Under the pieces are notes generated by a model. The model made no database searches. It saw nothing but the letters and a program-made list of their open reading frames with translations, and was not told the DNA's origin. Source: Pseudomonadota bacterium (GTDB lineage Bacteria; Pseudomonadota; Gammaproteobacteria; Magnimaribacterales; D2472). Taken from it: 64,000 bases of DNA. Each line of letters begins with the position of its first letter. Position 1 is the first letter of the stretch. The translations under genes were made by a program, and so were the position numbers. Location of the stretch: the NCBI GenBank assembly GCA_028344535.1, contig JAOMBK010000006.1, positions 1,211 to 65,210 on the forward strand. The letters run 5' to 3'. Shown piece by piece: positions 10,021-19,318 of the stretch.

Positions 10021-11040
10021 ATGATTCAAAAAATTAAAATCTTAATTCTGCTGAATGTTCTTATGGCTAACATTGCTTTTACCAAAGAGTTACCAGCATT
10101 GTTTGAAGTTAAGATTCCTGAGGATCAGTATACCAATACTAACGACGGATTAAATAAAGCATTTAACCGATTGATACAAAAACTATCAGGCTCTAGAAGT
10201 AAAAAATTTCTTTGGAGAATTGGTGATGCTCAACTTAATAAAATTGAATTTGTTTCCTCCTATTCAACTGAGCTCATTGGAGAGCAGGAATTTTTATCTG
10301 TTAGATTTAATGGCGAATCACTAATCCCTGAGCTGCGCAAAATTGGCACACCTTTAATAGGTTTTAATCGTCCAGTGATCTTAATCTTGTTTAAAATCGA
10401 TACTGGTGAGTCAGCGCCTGTTTATTTGAGTAGTAGCTCATCAAGTGATCAGTTAGCTGCAGAAATAAAGCAAACATTTAAAAATATTGCTCACGAGAGA
10501 GGAGTCTATCTAGAGTTACCTGAATTTGATTTGGAAGATCAAAATTTACTTAATCAAGCTAATATACTTTTTTCGCCATCAAATTATATTGAGGAGAAAT
10601 TTTATAATGATGCTTTTTTAGCTATTGAGCTTGTAAGAATTGGTATCAATCAATGGTCTGTTAATGGAGACCTCAAATCCATCTCTCCTTTGCAAGAGAA
10701 GCAAGTAATAGAATTTTTTAAAAATGCTGTCCATGAGTTCTTGGATGATTTGCTTGAGGTTAAACCGCTTGAGCCTGGTGCATCAGGAGAAAGGGTGATG
10801 GTCTCAATTCAGGGTTTAAAAAATTTTCAAGATTTTCAATCAGTTGAATCTGAGTTGGATAAAATTTTTGCAATTAAATCTAGATCTTTTCATGCTTTTG
10901 AACGAACAAAAATTGACTATATGACTCAATTATTCCAAACAACAGACTCCTTGATGAAGGAGCTTAGAGGAAGCACTAAATTTTTAATTAAAGAATATAA
11001 TGCAGATATCAATCAATTAAAACTAGAGTATTTAAACTAA
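10021..11040 (+). CDS. DUF2066-like exported protein
   Basis: Signal peptide, LFEV.. and NRPVIL motifs; divergent from purM upstream of hda. Confidence 0.65.
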   Translation: MIQKIKILILLNVLMANIAFTKELPALFEVKIPEDQYTNTNDGLNKAFNRLIQKLSGSRSKKFLWRIGDAQLNKIEFVSSYSTELIGEQEFLSVRFNGESLIPELRKIGTPLIGFNRPVILILFKIDTGESAPVYLSSSSSSDQLAAEIKQTFKNIAHERGVYLELPEFDLEDQNLLNQANILFSPSNYIEEKFYNDAFLAIELVRIGINQWSVNGDLKSISPLQEKQVIEFFKNAVHEFLDDLLEVKPLEPGASGERVMVSIQGLKNFQDFQSVESELDKIFAIKSRSFHAFERTKIDYMTQLFQTTDSLMKELRGSTKFLIKEYNADINQLKLEYLN

Positions 11041-11042
11041 CA

Positions 11043-11594
11043 ATGAGTAAATATTTTATTTTCATACCAAATTTGCTATCGATTATCAGAATTTATTTGA
11101 TGTACCCCTTGCTTACATTTATCGCTGAAGAAAATTATCTCTTTGCTTTATATATATTTGCTATTGCTGCAGCAACAGATGGCCTTGACGGTTATTTGGC
11201 CAGAGTCATGAACTGGCAAACAGATCTTGGCAAGATCCTTGATCCGATAGCCGACAAAGTATTACTGATTGGAACGATTTTAATTTTGTGGATGAATTCA
11301 TATATTCCTATTTTTGTGCTTATAGTTTTTGTAATGAGAGATTTTATTATTATTATGGGAGCTGCATTCCACATGACGGTATATGAAACCGCTGCACCAA
11401 ACCCAAATATATTTGGAAAAATTACAACCTTTGTACATATTGGTTATCTGGCTGCTGTTTTTATTGATATTATCTTTGATCTTAATCTGACTAACTTCCT
11501 GATAGATTTTTTGGTTGCCTTAGTAACTTTAATAAGTTTGTTTCTATATGGTTTGAATTGGTTTAAATTAACAGCCAAGTTGCATCGTGAATAA
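11043..11594 (+). CDS. CDP-alcohol phosphatidyltransferase
   Basis: IPNLLSIIR, TDGLDGYLAR...GKILDPIADK signature. Confidence 0.92.
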   Translation: MSKYFIFIPNLLSIIRIYLMYPLLTFIAEENYLFALYIFAIAAATDGLDGYLARVMNWQTDLGKILDPIADKVLLIGTILILWMNSYIPIFVLIVFVMRDFIIIMGAAFHMTVYETAAPNPNIFGKITTFVHIGYLAAVFIDIIFDLNLTNFLIDFLVALVTLISLFLYGLNWFKLTAKLHRE

Positions 11595-12291
11595 ACCAAC
11601 TCAGCTTATTTTCCCATTTCATATCGATCAAAAAGCATCTTTTGAAAGCTTTTTTTGCTCGTCAGATAATTTAAATCTCCTGACAAGGCTTGCTGATATA
11701 GCGCTCAGTAAAAATGCCCATGAATTAATTATTCATGGCGAGGAGGGATCTGGAAAATCATTTTTAATGCAAGCTATTTGCAATGAGCTCAGTTCTTCAG
11801 GAAAGCAGTTTGCTTTTATACCTATGAATAAAGCTCTCAATATGGGAGTAGAAATATTTCAAAATTTAGCTTCTTTGGATGCAGTATGCATTGATGACTT
11901 GCAACTTATACTTGCAAATGAGAATTGGGAAACAGCTTTATTTAATTTGATCAATGAGTGCCAACAATCTAACTGCAGTCTGATACTTTCTTTCGGCGGC
12001 ACTCAACCTTTAGAAGAAAATACTCAACTTCCCGACTTATTATCAAGAATTAAGCGCATGGAATTCATCACTCTTCATGCTGTCCAAGATGAATCCTTCA
12101 ATCAAGCAATTAATTTTGTAGCTGAGCAATTAGATATCAGCATAGATACAGCCGAGCTAGAGTTTCTCTTAAAACATCAAACTCGAAGGTTTTCACTCCT
12201 TGTTGAAAACATTATTACTCTTGATAAGCAAGCAGCCTCGCTAAAAAGAAAGATCACCATTCCCCTAATCAAAGAAACGTTGAATATTTAA
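11587..12291 (+). CDS. hda: DnaA regulatory inactivator Hda
   Basis: N-terminal clamp-binding QLIF, GEEGSGKSFL, CIDDLQ, LPDLLSR, KRKITIP. Confidence 0.9.
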   Translation: MNKPTQLIFPFHIDQKASFESFFCSSDNLNLLTRLADIALSKNAHELIIHGEEGSGKSFLMQAICNELSSSGKQFAFIPMNKALNMGVEIFQNLASLDAVCIDDLQLILANENWETALFNLINECQQSNCSLILSFGGTQPLEENTQLPDLLSRIKRMEFITLHAVQDESFNQAINFVAEQLDISIDTAELEFLLKHQTRRFSLLVENIITLDKQAASLKRKITIPLIKETLNI

Positions 12292-12304
12292 TTTATTTTA
12301 AATA

Positions 12305-13402
12305 TTAAAGAGAGGTTGGCACTATCAGCACCTTTCCATTTCTTCCACCCTCCCAAGAACGAGTAACAGCTTGTTTGATTTGATCAACTGAAAAGCGCGA
12401 ATCAATATTGGCTTTTAACGTACCGTTAGCAATAAGAGGAATAACTTGCCCAAAGGCAGCTTGCTTCTCTTCCATCGTTGCTATTTGATACCATTTATAA
12501 AGCCAAAAGCCACGTACTCGCGTGTCATTAAAAATAACCTTTCCAGTATTCAAAGCTCCAGGCTTACCTGATAGACCTCCGTAAGTAACAAGCGTGCCTC
12601 CATAGCCTAAGCTATCTGCTAAACGACCAAAGGTATCTCCGCCTACTGGATCTAGCGCCAACATAATTGGTGCATTATCTGTGGCTTCAGCGATTTTCGC
12701 AGCAAGATCTGGTCCATCAATTAAAACGACGTCTGCTCCCTTAGACATTAAATCATCAGCTAAGCCATCCCGGCGAACGACATTTACTGTCTTGATGCCT
12801 CTTTGTTTTGCAAGCTGAATCACATAACCGCCAACAGCTGAGTTAGCTGCGCTTTGTACAATCCACTGACCTTCTTGAATATCTCCATAGGAGGTAAGCA
12901 TGAGCAATGCTGTTAATGGATTTACAGCTGACATTGAAAGTTGTTCAATTATCTCAGCACTAATAGGCCCAAGGTTAGGCAATGGTAAAAATCCTGCAGC
13001 TGGAGCTACTATTTCTTCCGCCCAAGTGCTGCCACTGGCAAGAAGAACTAACTGGTCGACCGATAAGTTTTTTACTTCCGGAGATACTTCGGTAACTCGC
13101 CCCACACCTTCGCTGCCTGGTCTGGCAGGCAAAACAGGATCAACGCCGTAATTGCCACTAATCTGGTATAGATCAGATGGATTGATTGGTGCAGCCAATA
13201 CTTTGACTCGAACTTCACCACTGCTTAAAACATGGGTAGTTTCTGTTTTTACTTCGAGCACATCGGCAGGATTACCAATTTGGCTATAGCTGATATATTT
13301 TGTTTGTGAGCTATGCTTAGAGCTAGCATCAAGATCTGCCACAGTAAAAAAACTATAGGCTAGAAAAAGTGCCAACATTTTAATATTAGAGATTTTTGTC
13401 AT
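12305..13402 (-). CDS. MDR-family trans-2-enoyl-CoA reductase-like (MECR/Etr1) oxidoreductase with N-terminal signal-like extension
   Basis: AAPINPSD, GSEGVG, VNPLTA, QSAANSAVG, VTYGGLSG, RGFWL. Confidence 0.85.
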   Translation of the reverse strand: MTKISNIKMLALFLAYSFFTVADLDASSKHSSQTKYISYSQIGNPADVLEVKTETTHVLSSGEVRVKVLAAPINPSDLYQISGNYGVDPVLPARPGSEGVGRVTEVSPEVKNLSVDQLVLLASGSTWAEEIVAPAAGFLPLPNLGPISAEIIEQLSMSAVNPLTALLMLTSYGDIQEGQWIVQSAANSAVGGYVIQLAKQRGIKTVNVVRRDGLADDLMSKGADVVLIDGPDLAAKIAEATDNAPIMLALDPVGGDTFGRLADSLGYGGTLVTYGGLSGKPGALNTGKVIFNDTRVRGFWLYKWYQIATMEEKQAAFGQVIPLIANGTLKANIDSRFSVDQIKQAVTRSWEGGRNGKVLIVPTSL

Positions 13403-13499
13403 GATTGTAATCCTTTGCTTATGGTTAGATTGAAAAACGTAATGAAGCTAAGCGAACAAGCATTACGATCGCTTGAATAAATTTTGGACATTCGAATTA

Positions 13500-14816
13500 T
13501 TATTGAACATTATTTTCAAATATTATGGAATCGTTCTCAGAGTTATCGCGCTCGAACCAGCGCCCAAGATAGATGCCTACTAGTGACCACAAGGCAGCTA
13601 TTCCAGCGCCAACGCCAGCTACTGCCGCTAAACCTAAACCTAAACCCTGCGTAAGCCCCGTGAAGAACCAAGCCATAAGCATATCGCTTCCTCGATAAGC
13701 AACAATGTCAATCACCGGTTTTGCTTTGAAGCGAGTTTCTCGATCAACAAGTGTAAAAAGCATCTCTCGAGCAGGTCGAGTCATCCCATAGTTACCTGCA
13801 CGACGGATAATTTGTAGAATCATTACGACGCCCAAAAGAGGGGAGAAGGCTAGTATTAACAAACCAATACATACCATTACTGGAACCATTGCAATGGTTA
13901 CCGGCATACCAAATTTACCGACAATTCGACCTGTAGCAAATAGCCCAATGGAAATTGATAAAATATTGACCGCAAGATCCATTTGCGCCCAAATCGCAGA
14001 GCGCTCAGGGCGACTTAAATCACTAAGTAGATTTTTTAGCTCAAAATAAATAAAGGAACTAATACCCGTGTATAGAAAAATAAACAAAGCAATTGATATT
14101 AAATATGGATTTGAAAAAAGCATCTTGAAACCCGCAATTGGATTACCACCAATCGGATGACTGGTAGGAGTTAGATCTAATTTTTCATTATTTAGGTCTG
14201 TGGCTTTTGATTGTAGATAAAAGATAATTGGTATTGGGATCAATAGCATCATGCTAGCGATTAACATTAAGTTGTCGGTGCCAATGGATACTGAAAAAAA
14301 TGCTGTTATAGAGGGACCAATAAGACCGCCGACACTAGCGCCAACTGCAATGATGCCAAATAATCTGCCTGATTGTTCCTTGCTGAAGAGCTCTGACATG
14401 AAGCTCCAAAAAACAGAAATATTAAAAAGACTAAATACACTTACCCAAACATAAAATGCTTTATCAATTAAGATTCGATCGTCAGATATGGATCCTAAGA
14501 GATAAAACATAACGAATGACCCGGCAAAGATACTGTACATGGTTGGTACCAGCAATCGAAAACGAAACTTCGAAACTGCCATGCCATACAGGGCTACAAT
14601 TCCAGTGCTGATAAAAAAGTTAAGCGTCCATAACCAGCTTACTTCAGCGTCAGTCCAGTCACTGGCCATAGCATCGCGAACTGGCCGCAAAATATAGTAG
14701 GCAGTCATCAATACAACCACAAATAAAAATGAAAAAATTACAGCCTTGACCTCTCTTTCTTTAATCATTGAGAGCATATTTAAAAAATTTGCTATTGGAT
14801 TATTGTTCGCAGTCAT
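13500..14816 (-). CDS. NTP/NDP exchange (NTT/TLC-like) MFS transporter
   Basis: YYILRPVRDAM, FYVWVSVF, FWSFMSE, RPAREMLFT, KAKPVID. Confidence 0.85.
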   Translation of the reverse strand: MTANNNPIANFLNMLSMIKEREVKAVIFSFLFVVVLMTAYYILRPVRDAMASDWTDAEVSWLWTLNFFISTGIVALYGMAVSKFRFRLLVPTMYSIFAGSFVMFYLLGSISDDRILIDKAFYVWVSVFSLFNISVFWSFMSELFSKEQSGRLFGIIAVGASVGGLIGPSITAFFSVSIGTDNLMLIASMMLLIPIPIIFYLQSKATDLNNEKLDLTPTSHPIGGNPIAGFKMLFSNPYLISIALFIFLYTGISSFIYFELKNLLSDLSRPERSAIWAQMDLAVNILSISIGLFATGRIVGKFGMPVTIAMVPVMVCIGLLILAFSPLLGVVMILQIIRRAGNYGMTRPAREMLFTLVDRETRFKAKPVIDIVAYRGSDMLMAWFFTGLTQGLGLGLAAVAGVGAGIAALWSLVGIYLGRWFERDNSENDSIIFENNVQ

Positions 14817-14842
14817 CTCACTTATTTGTTATGAAGGTAAAG

Positions 14843-14873
14843 ACTATACAACTTAGAGCTTAATGTAAGTCAA
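14843..14873 (-). promoter_or_regulatory. Sigma-70 promoter with 19-bp spacer and MerR-type dyad
   Basis: TTGACT-N19-TATAGT; dyad ACTTA...TAAGT at 14851-14870. Confidence 0.6.
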
Positions 14874-14913
14874 GCAAAAAATATTTTTTTAAGAGGTTTT
14901 GAGGGCCTAGTTA

Positions 14914-15051
14914 TTATTTTGAAATAGTTATAATAATCTTGCCTTTTGCACGACCTGATTCAGAATAGCTTATTGCATCTTGAATTTCATCAAGCGAATA
15001 TCGACGATCTATCACAGAATTTAGCTGACCCTGACGCATCAACTCAGTCAA
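14914..15051 (-). pseudogene. C-terminal remnant of an NAD(P)-dependent MDR alcohol dehydrogenase
   Basis: Manual translation LTELMRQGQLNSVIDRRYSLDEIQDAISYSESGRAKGKIIITISK*; stops immediately upstream; 5' end overlaps the sppA stop. Confidence 0.8.
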
Positions 15052-16873
15052 GGTCTATTAGGCAGTTCTTACATGTTAATAATGCTTTTGGTTCTTGAAT
15101 GTCTGTTAATGTCTCATAAAAATCCACCAGACCATTCAGAGCTGATAAAACTTTTGGTTCTCCAAGAGACACATCAAAATTTTCAAGCAATTCTTTTAGA
15201 ATGAGTTCTTCAGGAGAAAGCTCTTGCCCATAATACTCAACTTGATAATCCTCTAATTCTGCCATGTTGGCAGCGAATGTAATTGCATCATCAATGCCAC
15301 CAATCTCATCTATCAAGCCTATCTCTTTAGCGCTTGTTGCAATCCAGACTCTGCCGCCTGCAATCGCTTTAATATCTTCGTAAGATTTGGATCTTGATTC
15401 AGCAACAAAACTAACGAATCGATCGTATGCATCTGCACCCCAGCCTGCAAATATTTTATCAAGGCCATCATCGATTGCTTGTGTTGGGTCCCAGCCACCA
15501 TGCTTGGAAGTAACCACACCATCAAAATTAACCCCAATATAATCCATGGCATTTTCTAATGTTGGTAGGGCAATTGCCACGCCTATAGAGCCTGTAATCG
15601 TTGTCGGTTCAGCAAATATATAATCAGCTGGCGTAGAAATATATACCCCACCTGATGCAGCGTAGTCACCCATAGATACGATCACATCGATGCCTTTTTC
15701 TTTGGCAGCATAGAGCTCATCTCGCATCATTTCACTGGCAATGATAGATCCACCCGGACTGTTGACCCTGAATACAATGGCTTTAGTATCCTCATCTTCA
15801 TGCGCAGATCTGATTTGTTTTACAACTCCATTGGCGCCTGCAACACCCTGAGTTATTTCTCCCTCCATGATTACACCTTCTGCAGTAATAACTGCAATAT
15901 GATTGTCGCTTTCTGACAACTCATCATCTATTTGTTTTGCATACTCGTTATAGGAAATAGTTTTATAGGTTTCAGTTTCAGCTTCCTCATCTAGACCAAA
16001 TTCTCCAATCATATATTGACGGAACTCTGGAAATGATTTGGTCCCATCAATAATATTGTTTGCTTCAGCATAGGCAATATTCCCAATGGCAGCCTCACCA
16101 AAAAATCCAACGTAGCCATCTGCAAAAGATTGGATATCAGCTGATTCAATCCCACGTCCTTCTGCCATAAGAGATTTCATTTCATCCCAAATAGGATAGA
16201 GCAGGGCCTCTCTCTGCATCCTATCATTATCAGACATGCTCGATCTCCAACTTGTTTCAGTTGCTGATTTGAAATCTCCCTGGGAATAATTATGAATAGT
16301 AATTTTAAGATTATCGAAAAGATCTTTATTATAGTTTCGCATTCCACCAAGACCTCTGACGCTGATGCTTCCAACTGGATGCACCCATACTTCAGACGCC
16401 TGAGAAGCCATGAGATAAGAGGTTGTAGAAAGACGATCATTCATGGCAATCACTCTTTTACCAGACTCACGAAGTGCTTTTAATTCTTTGGCGATATTTA
16501 TTGCGGTAGTAGGGCCTGCAAAGCCTGTTGCTGAGAAATCAATAAACACAGCAGGAATTTCTTCATCTTCAGCTGCAGCTCTAATTAACTGAATAAGATC
16601 TCTTGTTTGAATTTGATCCATTGAAGAGTCAGCGCCAAGTTGAGACAGAAAATCTGAGTTAAACACCTCTTGATCAACCACTGTTCCAACAGGATCAATA
16701 AAGAGCACTCTGCCACTTGGATCTTTTACTTTAGGCCCAGAAGAGGTTAGCGCTCCAATAATGATGATTGTAAAAAAAATCAAAACGAAGGCTGTACCAA
16801 GGTTCAGCATGACCGTTCTTGCTTTTTCTAAAAATCGACCAAGCCAAGAAAAAATAGATTTAAGTGCATTCAT
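15044..16873 (-). CDS. sppA: Signal peptide peptidase SppA (protease IV, 67K type)
   Basis: N-terminal TM, GDFKSA (Lys), RVNSPGGS, SMGDYAASGG (Ser), TGSIGV. Confidence 0.95.
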   Translation of the reverse strand: MNALKSIFSWLGRFLEKARTVMLNLGTAFVLIFFTIIIIGALTSSGPKVKDPSGRVLFIDPVGTVVDQEVFNSDFLSQLGADSSMDQIQTRDLIQLIRAAAEDEEIPAVFIDFSATGFAGPTTAINIAKELKALRESGKRVIAMNDRLSTTSYLMASQASEVWVHPVGSISVRGLGGMRNYNKDLFDNLKITIHNYSQGDFKSATETSWRSSMSDNDRMQREALLYPIWDEMKSLMAEGRGIESADIQSFADGYVGFFGEAAIGNIAYAEANNIIDGTKSFPEFRQYMIGEFGLDEEAETETYKTISYNEYAKQIDDELSESDNHIAVITAEGVIMEGEITQGVAGANGVVKQIRSAHEDEDTKAIVFRVNSPGGSIIASEMMRDELYAAKEKGIDVIVSMGDYAASGGVYISTPADYIFAEPTTITGSIGVAIALPTLENAMDYIGVNFDGVVTSKHGGWDPTQAIDDGLDKIFAGWGADAYDRFVSFVAESRSKSYEDIKAIAGGRVWIATSAKEIGLIDEIGGIDDAITFAANMAELEDYQVEYYGQELSPEELILKELLENFDVSLGEPKVLSALNGLVDFYETLTDIQEPKALLTCKNCLIDLD

Positions 16874-16899
16874 AGGTACTCTCCAGAGTGATTAAAAAA

Positions 16900-17115
16900 T
16901 TAAAAGATTAAAAAACTAAAAAGGGTTGAAACAATAGCTCCAATCAATGCAGTCAAAAGCATGATTAAAACAAAAGCAAAAGTTAATAACACTACTGCCA
17001 TTGAAAAAATAAAAGCCATGAGGGTAAAAAACAATGCAAAAATTTTAGCAATGATTGCAGTTCCGCAAATTGCTATGGTTACACCAGCAATAATTAATAA
17101 GACTAGGGTGATCAT
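16900..17115 (-). CDS. Small hydrophobic membrane protein
   Basis: 71 aa, almost entirely hydrophobic; start overlaps XRE stop (ATGA). Confidence 0.7.
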   Translation of the reverse strand: MITLVLLIIAGVTIAICGTAIIAKIFALFFTLMAFIFSMAVVLLTFAFVLIMLLTALIGAIVSTLFSFLIF

Positions 17116-17312
17116 TTCTCTTCCTCGTAAATAAATATTTGTTCCAATGGAACGTTAAAGTGCTTGGTCATTTTCATCACTAATTTTAATGATGGATCAA
17201 ATTTTCCTGTTTCAATTGAGTTAATCGTTTGTCTGCTAACTTTTAGAATTGAAGCCAGATCATCTTGACTGATGTTCTCTTTTTGGCGTAATTCTTTTAG
17301 GTTATTTTTCAT
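17112..17312 (-). CDS. XRE/Cro-CI family HTH regulator
   Basis: MKNNLKELR...SQDDLA...VSRQTINSIETGKFDPSL. Confidence 0.93.
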   Translation of the reverse strand: MKNNLKELRQKENISQDDLASILKVSRQTINSIETGKFDPSLKLVMKMTKHFNVPLEQIFIYEEEK

Positions 17313-17316
17313 TCAA

Positions 17317-17775
17317 TTATTCAGCAATATATTTTTTATAAAAGTAATAACCCCCAAAGCCTGTGCCAGCTGCAAAGGCAAGAAAGAATTCGTAAAAAGT
17401 TGGGTGATAATTAAAATAGGGCGCCATTACGGTCAATATTGACCCAAACACCAAAAAACCATAGGCCCCACCAGCAAAGGTGAAGTTGTGATAACTTTTG
17501 TAAAAATCATCTTGAGCGCTATAGAATTTTTTATAAAAGAAAGCACCTATCAAAAAAAACACAATCATTAAAATTCTAATAAAAAGAAGTCCAGTCTCTG
17601 AGATCCATGTGTCAGTGGTTGGCTCATTTCCAAGAAAACCAATATGTGATAAATGCATTCCCCACAAAATAGAGGCGATGAAACCAAATGCCAAGGAAGT
17701 TAAAAAGTTTTTCTTATCTTCAGCATTTAAGGATTTGATATCAATCCACATGCCTTTGTGTATGATTTTTGCCAT
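17317..17775 (-). CDS. Four-TM membrane protein associated with the XRE regulator
   Basis: Four hydrophobic segments, QDDF loop; directly upstream of the HTH gene. Confidence 0.75.
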   Translation of the reverse strand: MAKIIHKGMWIDIKSLNAEDKKNFLTSLAFGFIASILWGMHLSHIGFLGNEPTTDTWISETGLLFIRILMIVFFLIGAFFYKKFYSAQDDFYKSYHNFTFAGGAYGFLVFGSILTVMAPYFNYHPTFYEFFLAFAAGTGFGGYYFYKKYIAE

Positions 17776-17891
17776 GTTTGCTTCTCTGTAATATTTCTAA
17801 ATAAATATAACGCTTGCATTTTAACCATGGAGGAGTTGATCTAATAACTTCTAGGGAGTTTTTTGATCACAGATGCAAACGTTATAGATTA

Positions 17892-17933
17892 ATAATATGT
17901 AAAGTTTACTTGACTGTCAAGTTTACTTTACAT
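17892..17933 (-). promoter_or_regulatory. Sigma-70 promoter overlapped by a double operator
   Basis: TTGACA(17915-20)-N17-TATTAT(17892-97); boxes GTAAAGTTTACTTGAC and GTCAAGTTTACTTTAC forming a 37-bp dyad. Confidence 0.8.
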
Positions 17934-18249
17934 TTAATTGTTCGCGTGCCGCATAGACTGCCACCAAGAAAAGGGCAACTATTTCAATCAACTCTAACCA
18001 ACTTAGTAAGCTGGCATCTGGCAGCCCAAAAACAATCAGGCATGCACTCATAAAGTAGATCAAAATAATAAATCCAAAGATTTGATAGAGCTTTGCTGAA
18101 GGGCTTTTATAAGCTTTATATCCAAAGATTATTAGAGGTAGCGACCAAATAAATATACCTATCAAAGGAGTCCCTACTAATAGTCCTTGTGATAAATGCG
18201 TTATTAGCAATGCACACATCAATATTAGGAAGCTTTTTCTAAGATTCAT
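17923..18249 (-). CDS. DUF2069-like membrane protein
   Basis: SLPL, YQIFGFIILIYF; coupled to wrbA as in other gammaproteobacteria. Confidence 0.7.
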   Translation of the reverse strand: MNLRKSFLILMCALLITHLSQGLLVGTPLIGIFIWSLPLIIFGYKAYKSPSAKLYQIFGFIILIYFMSACLIVFGLPDASLLSWLELIEIVALFLVAVYAAREQLNVK

Positions 18250-18836
18250 TTTAATTTTAGTATTAGTTCAGCCATCCTAGCTCCAGTTGCAACAGCTATT
18301 TCCTTCTCATGTGAAGTTAAGTCTCCCTGTTTTGTATTGGCTACATGGGATGGCCCATAAGGAGTTCCGCCACTTTTAGTTTTATTTAGCCCAGGGATGG
18401 AGTAGGGCGAGCCAACAAACACCATACCTTGATGGAGCATATAAGTCATAAGATTAAATAATGTAATCTCTTGACCACCATGTTGAGATCCTGTTGAGGT
18501 GAAAACACAACCAGGTTTATTTTCTAATTCATGGTTTGACCAAATATCTCCAGTTGAATCTAGGAAATATTTCAGCGGTGCTGCCATGGAACCAAATCTA
18601 GTTGGTGAACCAAGCGCCAAGCCAGAGCAATGAATAAGATCCTCTTTGGTGCAATAAATCTCACCTTCACTAGGCATGCTCGGCTCAACGGCTTCAGCTA
18701 CAGTTGAAACTTTTGGCACAGTTCTAATCTTGACTTCAAGACCCTTTTTCTCTGCGCCATCAGCCAGCGCATGCGCCAGGTTCCTCACAGCCCCTGTCGC
18801 CGAATAAAACAAGATTAGAAGATATTTTTGATGCAT
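18246..18836 (-). CDS. wrbA: NAD(P)H:quinone oxidoreductase WrbA
   Basis: YSATG, GSPTRFG, FTSTGSQHGGQE, GGTPYG; start moved to ATG 18836. Confidence 0.93.
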   Translation of the reverse strand: MHQKYLLILFYSATGAVRNLAHALADGAEKKGLEVKIRTVPKVSTVAEAVEPSMPSEGEIYCTKEDLIHCSGLALGSPTRFGSMAAPLKYFLDSTGDIWSNHELENKPGCVFTSTGSQHGGQEITLFNLMTYMLHQGMVFVGSPYSIPGLNKTKSGGTPYGPSHVANTKQGDLTSHEKEIAVATGARMAELILKLK

Positions 18837-18865
18837 AATAGTTTCCTTTTGCAATACTATAAAAC

Positions 18866-19318
18866 ATGAAATTTAAATTACCATTAACTTTGTTTTGTCT
18901 TTTTCTAGTTTCTTGTGAAAAGGGCGATGTAGAAATTTTTGATTCAAGACCAATTTTTTCATCCAGCCTCAGTGGTAAGTGGGTCTTGGTAAATTATTGG
19001 GCAGATTGGTGCCCTCCATGCATCAAAGAAATTCCTGAAATAGTTTCTTTTTCAAAAAAATATCCTGAGGTTGAGGTTTTTGCATTTAATTTTGATCGAC
19101 TCGAAGCTGAAGATCTAAGACCTCAAATCAAAAAATTTGGCATTAAATACCCATCAATCATTACTCATCCAAAAACTTTGTGGGGCATTCAAACACCAAA
19201 AACACTTCCAGCGACATATTTTATTTCTCCAGAGGGAGAGATTGTTTTTACCAGCTTAAAACCCCAAGATGAGGCGAGTTTGTCTTTAATATATGAAGAC
19301 TTACAAAATGGAGCTTAA
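18866..19318 (+). CDS. TlpA-family thioredoxin-like lipoprotein
   Basis: Lipobox LVSC, VNYWADWCPPCIKEIP, LPATY. Confidence 0.9.
   Translation: MKFKLPLTLFCLFLVSCEKGDVEIFDSRPIFSSSLSGKWVLVNYWADWCPPCIKEIPEIVSFSKKYPEVEVFAFNFDRLEAEDLRPQIKKFGIKYPSIITHPKTLWGIQTPKTLPATYFISPEGEIVFTSLKPQDEASLSLIYEDLQNGA

Noticed and set aside
13433-13467. CGTAATG-N16-CATTACG-TTTTT hairpin between the NTT-like and MECR-like genes as an attC site
   Set aside because: No AAC/GTT core ends; at most a weak terminator.
17814-18053. 79-aa plus-strand ORF
   Set aside because: Crosses the promoter/operator and is antisense to DUF2069; no coding features.
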